64,000 nucleotides of DNA. Source: Ginglymostoma cirratum. Taxonomy: Eukaryota. Shown here piece after piece: positions 25,531 through 37,425 of the stretch; the first letter of the stretch is position 1; each line of letters opens with the position of its first letter. A program made the position numbers and the translations under genes. Location: the NCBI GenBank assembly GCA_024137785.1, contig JAHRHZ010000016.1:24703926-24767925 (forward strand), given 5' to 3'. The notes beneath the pieces are model-generated. The model saw only the letters and a list, made by a program, of their open reading frames with translations. It was not told where the DNA came from and made no database searches.

Positions 25531-26230
25531 AGCCTGTCCAGTCTCATCAACATTTTGTGTTCCTAATGCGAAATCCCTCATTCTTCTTAATTCCAGTGTG
25601 TACAAGCTTAGTCAATCTAGTCTTTTTTCATAGGTCAGTCTTGTCATCTGGGGAATCAGTCTGGTCAGAAACCTATCCCCAATCCTACCTTAGCCATTGG
25701 CACTAACATGGAACATAACCGCTGGATGATTACCCTCTCCCAGAAGAATGTCCTGCAGCTACACTGTAATATCCTTTACCCTATCGCCAGGGAGGCAACA
25801 CAGCATCTTGGAACCACGCTGATGGCTGCAGGAGGACCTGTTTGACCCGCTAATTATGGAATGCCCTATTGCTATTCCATTATTCGTCTCCTGTCTCCTC
25901 ACCCATACGGCTGAGCTGCCCACAGTGCCACTAACTTTGCTCTGGATGCAGTCTCCTCAGGAAACAATCGGGCTCACCAGTATCCAAAAAGAATAACAAT
26001 TAACAAGCATGATTGACTCAAGGTACTCCTGCACTGCCTGCTTAGCTCTCTTCATTCCCTGCTGCCTGTACAGATTTACCTTGTGATGTGACCACCTCCC
26101 TAAATATTCTACCCACATAGTCTCCTGCCTTGAGAATGCACAATACTGATTTGGGCTACTGCTCAAGTCCCGAAACCTTGAGCTCAAGTTAATGCAGCTG
26201 ATGATGCTTCCTCATTTGCTCATCTGGGTC
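25530..26230 (-). mobile_element. CR1 fragments in the opposite orientation, including an ORF1 SGNH-esterase-like remnant
   Basis: Minus strand CCLPGDRVKD...LQDILLGEG..P...HV motif. The same motif occurs on the plus strand at about 63440-63560. Confidence 0.65.
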
Positions 26231-26683
26231 ACACATTGTGGCCATGACTTTACACATATGTAGAATGTACATTCCACTTGGCCGAACAACTAACATCCCA
26301 TAATTTTAAAACTATTTATTACAATTAAAATACTAGAAAACCTTTTCAGTACTCACCAATCAGCTTCTTCCCCTACACCAAATGTAAAGGTAACTACAGG
26401 AGGCTGTTCCAATTGCAATCTCGCCTTGTGCACTGTTTTCAAACTCTTGGACTGCTCCACTCTTGTGGCAAGGCTGAATGCCTGCCTTGGAGCCCTCACT
26501 TTGACTGCTCCTTTCCCACTTGTGTTGTAGTTTTTATTACAAGAACAAAGTGGTCATCTCATTGCACCTGCTGAGGTATTCACACTTTCCTGTGAACATT
26601 TTAGCTAATATATATATCATGAGCATTCTTGTGGTTCTGACCTGGTCTTCCATGACTTCCCACTTGAAAAAAAGTTTACTCAC

Positions 26684-26764
26684 CCGACTGACTACGAGTC
26701 CTAGTTTTCAACACCACTGGAATGAAGTCCTTAAAACTATTTTTGCCTTTTCTTAAAGAAAGAT
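26684..26764 (-). CDS. BCORL1: BCORL1 81-nt exon (not in the ORF track)
   Basis: ctttctcag|ATCTT...CAGTCGG|gtgagt encodes (D)LSLRKGKNSFKDFIPVVLKTRTRSQS, matching remembered human SFRDFIPVVLSTRTRSQS. Phase 1-1. Confidence 0.92.
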
Positions 26765-27364
26765 CTGAGAAAGAAGGAAACAAAAGCAAAAATGTAATTA
26801 AATCAGAACCTTTTCATGTTTCATGTAATAACTGATCTCTTCAAGATCTATACATTCAAAAAATGGTTTTTGTGCTTATCAAGAAACGTTAGTACTGGGG
26901 CATAGAACATGTCCCATTTCATTTTCCAAGCATCATTGCCCCTAGGCATGTATAGGATAGCCAAGTGCAGAGCAAAGCTGCTTTTGCTCTGTTTCAGAAA
27001 TACATGCTAAAGACAAATTCAAGGTGAACCTTAAAGTAATTTTCTATTTGCATACCAGTGTTGTGGTGGTGACGAAAATGCGAAAGCAAACATTCTGAAT
27101 GAAAATTATTTTTGCTGCAAAAATTAAAACCAGAGCTAAATTTACTTGATGCCTAATGTTCTACTTGAAACTAAAATTCAAGACAAAGAGATGGGACTAA
27201 AACAAAATAATCTGTGGCATTTAAAGAACTCAAGCTTTGGTACAAATGTTGGAAACCAAAGCAGACACATGATTTCTCAATTGTAATTCAAGCATCAGTT
27301 AATTATTTCTTTGTACTTTTTTCCAAAGCTAAAAATAACATGTCTAAAAATCATAATGAAGACA

Positions 27365-27670
27365 ACTGGGGAGATGGTGGCATAATGGTAATGTCAGTGG
27401 ACTGGTAATCTGGAGGAATTTGAATCCATACAGTAAAACTGAATTGAAGACTAGTCCCAATAACGGTGACCATGAAACTGGTATCAACGGTTGTAAAAAC
27501 CCAGCTGATTCACTACTGTCCTTTGTTGTCTGCAACTGTTTTGGTAAATGTGACTACAAAACAACAGCAATATAATTGACTTTTAGCAGCCCTCTGAGAT
27601 AGTCTAGCAAATCGATCAGTTCAAGGGCAATTAGGGATGGGCAATAATTGCTACCTTGCTCGTAACATGA
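27365..27670 (+). mobile_element. Deu-type SINE, degraded
   Basis: ggtggcataatggtaatgtc...ggactggtaatc head and ttcaagggcaattagggatgggcaataa tail. Confidence 0.65.
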
Positions 27671-29984
27671 AAGGAGAAACAGAAGAAGATGACAATTGAA
27701 GGCCAAAATACTTGTGACATTAAAATAAAACAGATGTTGGGTGAAAACAGTGCAGAAATCTAGCAACACACTGACAACCATGATGTACATGGCAGTCAGC
27801 GCTGTCAAATCATCTACATCCCAAGCATCTTGCACAGTGGCACTAATCAAGGACAGAAATGAAGTTACAGTTTGTTGGAAGTAGGATTTAGAGGAACTCC
27901 TCAACTGAAGTTTCTAAAATCCTCAAGTGGTCCACAGGAGCAAACAAAACTTGAGACTAAGTCACAAAAGGATGTATGAGCCAGGTTACCAAAAGCTTGG
28001 TAGAGGACAAAGCTTTTAAGGAGCGTTTTAAAGAAGAGGTGGAGAATTTTGTAACAGGAGATACCAGAAATTAGGTCCAGGCATTGGAGGCAGGTCATCA
28101 ATGGTGGGTCAACTAACACTGGGTATGCACAAAATGGCAGAACTGCAGAGATCTTATAAGTTTTCAGGGCAGGAGGAGATAAACAGCAAGGGTGAGGATG
28201 ATCCCAACTCACAGAAAGTGGAAGATGTAAAGCTGATCAGGAAAGCAGTGCAATTATCAAGTCCTGAGGTAACAAAGGCATGGGTGAAAATTTCTGTAGC
28301 AGAAAAAGCTTAGGAGTGAGGAAGCAAAGAAGACATACATACAAGTGAGACAGAGCAAGAGTAGGTGGTAAGGTAACAGGAGTTAGATATGGAGAAATTA
28401 GAAAGAGGGGAGAGAGAGACAGTTGAGGGAAGTTGAGGCATTACGAAGACAAAGATCAACAAGGGAAGAGACTTAATTTGGGGAAAAGAGACTGAAACAC
28501 AGCAAGGTCATGACTGAATAGGTAAGACAGAAAACTCCGATCATAAATGCTTTTGGAAATATGCACGCTAATTGCCCGCCTCACCTATAACAAATGCACA
28601 GACACATAAATACACAAGGTCTCTCCGGACAGCGGCTGAATGGTGTAATTTTCTGCATAAGGGGAAAACAAAAACTTCTAACTTTGTAAGACCATCACTA
28701 AAACGTCTTAGAATAACTCAAAGGAACTTGCTCCTCTCTACTTTGTAAGAATTCTGCAAGGCTCCTACTAGAGTTATGCTGGGAGCTCAGCTCACAATAC
28801 CTGGGCCCAAATGTCTTGATGTTCCAATAGTTTGGTTATGAACTGATAAAACTTCAATCAATCTAGCATTCTATACACCTTGTAATAACCTCATCTTGGG
28901 AGCTTATGCAAGATAATTAAGTAGGAGAATTATCTTTTGCTCTAGTTCATTTAAGCAGATAAATCTTCACATTGCCTACAATATCGTCAATAAGAACAGG
29001 TGTTGGAGAAACACAGCAGGTCTTGGCAGCATTGGTTGAAAGAGAGTTAGCGCTTAGAGTCCAGTGACTCCTTTTTGCAATGTAGTCAAATTGTTTTTCA
29101 GAATTATTTCAGGATTTTGCCTCCATTGTTCTATCCAAAAATCCACTGCAAATATTGACTACACTTTTTGTGAAGAGAAACATTGTCAGATCAGATTTGA
29201 ATTTCCATTCACAGCTTGACTCCTTACCTCCTTGCTTTACTTCTACTCTTCAGTTTATAGTAATCATACTTGGCTAAATGTTACAATCTTAAAGATCTGT
29301 GCAATATCATCTCTCATATTCCTACTTCATAGGTTGAAGTTGACAATTCTACTGTCTTTCCTCATAACCCAAATGTCACAGAAGATATGCCTAGCAATTT
29401 TCTGTCCAATGTCCCCTGCATGTGACCACAGCATTTTAAAGTTTGGTCATTACCATCTTTGACCATTATTCTACTGCCTTGGCTATGATGTTCAACATTC
29501 TTCTGGATTATGCTCTGCACTGATTAAGCATACTTACTGACAAATATTCAAGAACGACTAGAATCTTAATAACCAATAGAATGACTAGGATGGACTTGGG
29601 CAAGAAGTGAAATTTCAAAAATCTCAAATCCAATTCTAGTCCACCACTTTCTGCTTTAATGGAAATAAAACAAGGCATAAAACAACCAAAACACTCCAAG
29701 AAGATGAATTGGTAACTTTAATACCTCGATGAGGCTGTCACCCTTTGAAATTGTCTATTCTCAGGTTTCACCCTGGCTGGCCTCAGGAGGCCAAGCAGCA
29801 AGGAAAACTTAGGGTGCAAGTTAAATGCTTTTCCCTAGTCCATGAAACTTCATCCATATCCGCCAGCTCAGGGACTGAAAAACACTGCCATTCTGACAAT
29901 AGGACCTTGGATCAATCTTCAGACTCCTACTATCAATAAGAAAGTTAATTTGTCATAGTTCTACTGGACCAGAGGCTCCGTCAG

Positions 29985-29988
<4 letters not shown>

Positions 29989-30028
<40 letters not shown>

Positions 30029-30052
30029 CAGACAGACAGAGGCAGAGACAGA
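29989..30052. repeat. (GA)n/(GACA)n microsatellite
   Basis: Directly visible in the sequence. Confidence 0.9.
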
Positions 30053-33000
30053 GGACTGGTGGTAATTTAACCTAAGGATCACCACACTTCAGGTGACAGG
30101 AGAGTTTGAGTTTGAGAAGGAGGGTGCTTCATGGTTACCTCAGCTAGTGGGGAATTGATCCAGTGCTGTTGGTTTCACCCTGCACTTTAAATCAGTCATA
30201 TAGCTAACTGAGCTAACAAAGTAACTTAATGGAAGCTGCAACCTGCTCGAGAGAGCACCCCTAACCTGATTGGCAGATAGCGATCCAATCAGGCTGTATT
30301 GGGTTTCTCAACACAGATTCCACTTTCTCGCCAACACAATAAACCCTATACAAATCGGTACAATATGGTGTTTCTTTTGGCTTCATTTTTAGCTATTCAA
30401 AATCCATATATTAAAGCAATTAACCTTTTTTTTAATATTGCATTGCTCAGTTCACTTATGTATATCATCGAAATGTCTGAACTCAACTTTATGCTATTTC
30501 CGGCATTCAACTGCTAGTCTGATACAATTGTGAATTCGGTTACCTGCATTAAGTTTCAGACACAACATAAAGTAGAATTGTAGTGATTCCTTATTTCCTG
30601 AAGGCTTGGCACTACACTGACATCCTGCTTTGAGAATTCATTATTTCCAACATTTTACCCAGTTTATTATCTGTTCTTGGATTTTACGCTTAAATTTTCA
30701 AAGCTGCAAGTTAATTAAGTGCCTTTTGCATGGTGCACATCTAATGGTCTCTGAGAATGACACACAACCATAAAGGTTCACCACAACTCAGCTGGGTTGT
30801 CACTTTTTCAAGGAGCTTAAGGATCTTCTCCAATTGAATCCACCTTGACACAGTAAAAGAGGTTAACACATGAGGTTATCCTCCAATTTATTCCTAATCA
30901 TTGAATCCATTAGTTTGAATGAAGTGGAAGACCAACAGTCAAGCATTTGTCAGGACCCGTTTTTAAATTCCAAGGAAGAGCCTCTATCCTGGAAACTTTC
31001 CACCTTGCCACAACTTTCTCGGTAAAATATACCCAATTTTTTTTCTACAGATGCAGGATAAAGTCAGGCCTGTAAATCTCTTGAGCAATGCACTGGCTGG
31101 CGTGTGGGCAGCCAAGTTCCATCGGTGTTGGTCAGAAGGCCAGGTTGGTTCTCAAGATATTCTTCGCTGTTGTTTTAGAAGTTGATAAGCTCTCTCACCC
31201 TCACCTACACCAAAACCTCAAAGTCAATTCAATGTAAATCCAAGCTCCAACCCCCCGACAAACTTATTTCCCCCACAACCTCTCATGCCACCTACATAGC
31301 CACTCATCCAGTATCCACAACGGACAGATCTTAGGAGCGACGAGGGAATTAAATAAAATCCATGTCCAACAGTTTACTAATGTTTTGTTCCAGATTTACG
31401 GCATTCACAGTTCTTTCGGTTTTTATGAAATAAGATTCTTGCTTTTTTATTCTATTATAGTCAAAGTGTCCACCTCACAATTTTCCACTTCATACTCCAT
31501 CTCTAATTTACACACATTCACTTAATTTAACCTTATTCCTTTGCAGACATTTTGTACCCTCCTCACAACTTCTTGCCTTACACTCTTCATGTTGCAGTCA
31601 AATTGGTTACAATACCATCTACCTCCAAGTCATTAATATAGATTGTAAATAGTCTGCTCTTTCTACTCTGCGCACTTCAGCAGTTACATCTTGTCAACCT
31701 AAAAATGACTTCTTTATCCCGACTCCCTGTTTATGATTAACCAATCTATTGTTACCATCCCCAATACTATGAATTTTTAGTGTGTTACTTTTTATCTACT
31801 ATCTTACTGAATACCTTTAGAAAATCTAAAAGTAGTCAAATAATAAGATGATATCCCTTTCACAAAACAATGTTGAGCTGAATCTTACGGCTTTTTGGCT
31901 AAGTGTCAGTTTCACTGAGGATCATTACAGCTTTTTTGCTGCAAAGTTGAACAAGATTTCTGACCGCATCTTACCAAACTTGGCATGTTAGCTATCTAGC
32001 CCACCCCTATGGCTGCATTCTACCACTGTGTATCCAGAACAACAACTAACCACTCATCAAATATCCCCTCAGAATCATCACAGTATCTCTTCAATCCACT
32101 CACAGGATGTTTGAAGAGGTACTATGACATTTCCCAGGGGCTGGCAATTATTGGATGCCAATGTTGTGGATGAGGGATGCGTGAAGCTGGTGTCTATGGG
32201 TCATACCCTGAGATGTTGTTGCGTGGTGAGAAACATGCAGGTTGTTTGCAACCAGCCATGAGCAGAAATCAGCAGGTACCTATTTTGACTTCCATGTTGA
32301 GAATTCTCAGCACCTAGTTTGCTTGTGGTGGGTAGAAGGATAGGAAGCTGCATACGAATGAAGTGATATATGCAATTAATAGAAAAGTGATAAACAAGCA
32401 ATGTTCTTTCTTAACAGGCACCTAACTCCTCCTCAGTGAGAGTTTTGCCTCAATGGCCAGTCCTTAGTTAAAAGATACAGCAGGTTGATCCTAATCCAAG
32501 ATAGGGCTCACCAGGCTTCTTATGCTATTCTGCCAGATTTCTTGACATAGCTCACTTCCTTCAGGCCCCTACAAGATTTCCCCTGTTGACTTTGTCTTAA
32601 AGCATTATGACTCTATCAGCTACAACTCCAAAATAATGGATTCTAGTATTGTCCCCAATGACAGATATTAGGCTAACTGGCCTGTACATTCCTGCATTTA
32701 ATTCTCCTCCTTTCTTCAACAGTGGTGATACATTTGTTTCTTTTTCAATCCACTGGTACATTGCCAGAATCAATCAATAATCCAGGTAATATTGGAAGAT
32801 TACAATTAATACATCCACCATCTCTGCAGTAATTTCTAAGGACAACTCAAAAAATGGGATATAGACCCAAAATAAAAGATTTGACCACCCATACTTGAGG
32901 TTCCCTTCGTCAATTTTGAGTTACATGGTAAATAAAACACCAACAATCAATAATACCAATGTTTCAAGCTCCAGTTGGTTGGTGGGAAACCTTGTAACAT

Positions 33001-33075
33001 TGCAGTTCCTCACTGCGAATTAAAATTAATCTTCTCAATTTTAGCCATGATGGTGCCAGTGTTGGTAGGGTGGAC

Positions 33076-33206
33076 AAGGTCAGAAATCAGGCGGCACCAG
33101 GTTATAGTCCAACAGGTTTACCTGACGAAGGGGCAACACTCTGAAAGCTTGTGATTTCAAATAAACCTGTTGAACTATAACCTGGCGCCGTCTGATTTCT
33201 GACCTT
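33076..33206. mobile_element. Short foldback element (45-bp inverted arms) with a hammerhead-like core; Penelope-type
   Basis: 33076-33120 is the near-perfect reverse complement of 33162-33206. The loop contains CTGACGA...GAAA. Confidence 0.7.
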
Positions 33207-33644
33207 CTCAAGTGTACGTACCACAAGACAAGGTAATTTCTCTCTATCTTGTTCAGTTTTTAATTAACCTGTTCAGGACATGTTATGATAAGAACCCTGA
33301 GTTTCTGGCCCAAAAATACAGACCACTGTCACTATGTTTCGAGAACCTCTTTTTGTAAAAAACAGGGGACTTGATACTTGGGACTACAAGTAACAATACA
33401 GCAGATCTCATTGGTATGAGCTCTCAGAATTTCATGAAACAAGCTAACAGTGAACTAACAATCTCAAATTTAAACATGTTTATTCGATTAGCATTCAAAG
33501 AGCTCAGCTTGGAACTTTGTGTTCTCCTGTCTCTTTGAACAAATGGCTCCCAAACAAGATAGATGACAATAACGCAACTTTTAAATCTGCATCCCATCAT
33601 TACCCAAAAGGGCATGCAGTTAGTATTTTACAGATCAGTCCCAC

Positions 33645-33798
33645 CTTTTTCTTGTATTGCTGTTCTAGAAGAGCATTCAGTCTTTGGTGTTCTCAGCCGT
33701 TTGCTTTTTCTTTCTCCATCGAGTCCTTTGGATGAACAGACATCATCTTCGCTATCTCTATGACTCACTTCGAGACTGCTTGACCGTCTTTTGGATCC
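33645..33798 (-). CDS. BCORL1: BCORL1 exon (154 nt, phase 0 to 1)
   Basis: Acceptor atttcag|GGATCC; donor AAAG|gtggga. Open frame GSKRRSSS...IQEK. Its phase links the neighbouring exons. Sequence conservation is low. Confidence 0.75.
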
Positions 33799-36700
33799 CT
33801 GAAATTTACATTCAACTGAGTTCAAGTTTACTCTCTGTACAACTATTCTTTCAAGTACTGAAAACTGATGACTTCAAATTATTTGCAATCACTTGAAATT
33901 TACTTTTGCATTTAATCCCCCAAAAGTAAACAAAATGACGCATTAGCAATTCAAGACACAAGAAATATGGCTAAGGTGGCAGCTTCCCCCCACCCTATTT
34001 ACAATCATATTACAGATTGAAGTTCTTGAAGTGATCAGATATTGGTTGCACCATCGAGGAAGTGGAGCACTATCCCTTACCGTCGGTATTCATCAACTAT
34101 GAATCTGCCACCGGTTATCCTATTTCTCACCTTTTACTTTATTCCCAGTTCCATGATGATGCTGACAAAAATAATTTCAATCAAGGGTTATAATTACAAT
34201 ATAAATTGACAAAAATGGTTCAGTAAGAAAGAAGGAATTTGTGCTTTGAGTACTAAGAGTGCCATAAAAAAACACATCAGATCCACTGAATTTTCTGAAG
34301 GGCAAATGATGTTGTTGTGTAATCAACTGCAGTAGCTAATTTGCTTTTTTGATCATTTTCGTTTGGCGGGAAATGTGATGACCAGGTGAATTCCTTGCTC
34401 TTCAAATATTGGACCTTTGGTGCGCATCTGAACAGCTTGGGGTTTTGGTTTAATACCGCATCCAAAAGTTATTGTTTGCAACAAACTAGTATTTCTTCAG
34501 TACAGTACCAAAGCATCAACTTTCTCAGATATGTACTATAGCATTGGAATAAATGTGGACCAATGGCTGCATGAGTCGGAGGTGAGATTCCTTCCCAGTG
34601 CCAAATGGCACTCAGTTGTTAAAATCATCAACTTGTCATCTTCAGAGATATGTTACAAGGTAGGTTGCAAGGGTGGTTTTAAAGGGGGAACGAGAAGTGA
34701 AGAAACAGTAATTCCAGAGTATACATGGTAGACAAATGAAACCATAGACGGGAAAGAGGGCTGGCAGATGCATGAGATTCCAGTCTTAGAGGAATGCAGA
34801 ATTCTTCACTGAAAGATTGTAGGTCAACGATTATAGAAATAGGGAGGGATAAAGTAATGGAGGATGAGAATTTTAAAATCGAGGCTTTAATCAGCCAGGT
34901 ATCAATGTAGGCTAGCAAACACAGGTTTGACAGTTGTGTGAAACTTGATGCAGTTTAGAACACCAGACTTAAAGGATGTAGATCTGCCATTCAAATAGTT
35001 GATTACGGAGGAAACATATACATGGATGAGGACTACAACAGCAGATAAACTCAAGTAAGGATAGAAATGGAAAATATTACCAAGGATATGGGGTCAGAAA
35101 GTGAATTCAAGATCAAATAGGATACGAAGACTGCAAACTATTTTGTTCAGCACAGGCAACGACCAGGGCAAGGGACACTATCAATGGTTAGGGAACAGAT
35201 CTTTTGTCAAGGCCAAAGACAATGTTTGCTAATCTTTAACCAAAGAAAACTGAAGCTCATCTGGTTTCGTAGAAAATAGTCTTACCATGCAAAGACATCC
35301 AACAGCTTGCAAGATAGCTGGTGCTGTAGGGCTGCGTACACGCGTGGAACGTTGTATAATTTTTGTGTGGCGTCACAAGGCAACACATGTCGAAGTAGGA
35401 AGGGTCCAAGGATAGATCCTTGAGGCCCTACAGGGATGATGTCATGCTGACAATGTGATAGGATAGGTTGGAATGGACAGTTGCATCCATCTGAAGAAAT
35501 GAAATGGACTGGAGAGGGCTGTTGTGGTGAACCGATTTAAGGCATACACAGACTTCGAATAGGTCAAGGAGGCTCAGTCACAGAAGGTATAAATCAGGAC
35601 GTTAATTAGGATCACTACAGTGCTGTTGAATGGTGCAAACCTACTTGGAGAGGTTCAAATGTGAGCCTCAACCTAGATAAAGCCAGAGTTAAAATTCCAC
35701 TTCTTTCACGTTCACTAGCAGTGGAAGACAACAGAACCTGGACTTTCTGATTCGCATTATAATATGCTGGCAGAGATAAATTTGTAATAAATGGGCTAAA
35801 GTCTGTGATCCAATATCCAATCAGAGAAATTTTATCTGTCAAAATAATACCTTTTGCAATCTCAGCTGTCCAGAATTCGTCTTACAATTTTCACACTATA
35901 TAGTGTGTGAACTGAGATGGAATCCGGATAACATTTTAATAACTCGAGTTTAAAGAATGTGAAGGCTTCACACCTATAGTGATAATACTGCAGTTCATAA
36001 AGGTACAGGATGCTAGTGCTGCAAAATTGAAACTAACATTCTTTAACACTATGTGTGTGATACCTAAATTATTGCTGCCACTATTGTCCGTGACAAATCT
36101 GTAATGTTCCCATTCTTCTTGTACAGCTTAAAATGCTCGACAAAAATCAAGTTTAAAGGCACAAGGTTGTCTAATTCAACTGCTTGCTGTTTTACAAATT
36201 TCAAGTAATCTCAATAGAAAAGTCCACCATCAAGCTTTACTGAAAATCCATTGTGCTATCGTAACATTTCTTGTTCAAACTCAGGGTGGCTGGATCAAAA
36301 TTTTGACGACTGTTCATTCAACATTGAGCTTACAGGCAAGGGATTTGTAAATAAAAAATCACTGTTCAAGTTTGAGATAAGTAGCTTTAACATTATATTG
36401 CATTTACTGCAGCCAACCACTGCACGTTATATTTTACTCATCTTAGGTCCAGATTTTATAGTAGTATGACAGTCCAACAGTCACTCAGTTTAAAACTGAC
36501 AGCAATTTCTGGAATCTGCACTTATATAGTTAAATACAGATATGCACAAGCTGTCACTGATTCTAAGCTTCTCCATTTGTGCACAGTTGAAGTAATTACA
36601 ATTAATGAACTGGCAAAACCCTGCTTGTTTACACTTTTGCTCTCATGGCAAAAGAAGCTTGAATGAAATAACATCTTGTTGAATGAGGTGTAACCATTCA

Positions 36701-37208
36701 GTATTTATATAACACCTTTAGCACAATAAAATATTCAAAGATACAATATCGCCTTCATGGGGCAAACACAAAGGGATATTAAGGCAGGTGACGAAAGGTT
36801 TGGTTGAAGAGCTAAGTTTTAAGGAGGGTAGTGAGGGAGTATTTCAAAGCTTAAACTCTTTTCCGCTGAAGAGACAGCTACCAATGGTGAAGTAATTAAA
36901 TTCAGGGATGCTTTAGATGTCTGAATTAGAGAACTGCAGATATCTTGGAGGGTTAGGGGGCTGCAGGGTATTCTACTGATTAGGTGGGGTTATGTCAGGG
37001 ATGGATTTGAAAACAAGAATGAAAATTTTAAAACATGCATTTGTTGCCACAGTACTCACTGCCCATGCAATTTCAATGCCCATCACATCACTGCCAGAGA
37101 TGCTGAAGGGCTTGTATAATGGCTCCATACTTTGTTCAATGATCCAACCAGCCTGTTGCTCCAGAAACAAATTGCACAGCAGTTCAGTCAGAGGAGCTCT
37201 CAGAAAGG

Positions 37209-37425
37209 CTGGAAACAAAAAAATGCTGGAAATCACAGCAGGTCAGGCAGCATCCATGCAGAAAGAGCAAGCTAACGTTTTGAGTCTAGATGACCCTTCT
37301 TCAGAGCTCTGAAGAGGAGTCATCTGGACTTGAAACATTAGCTCGCTCTCCCCATGGACGCTGCCTGACCCACTGTGATTTCCAGTATTTTTTGTTTTCA
37401 GTGTAGATTCCAGAATCTGCAGCAA
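37209..37425. mobile_element. Palindromic Penelope-type element of about 190 bp with hammerhead-like cores
   Basis: The arms fold about GAGCTC (37304-37309). The plus strand has CTGAAGA-G-GAGTC(ATCTG)GACTT-GAAAC. Confidence 0.75.
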
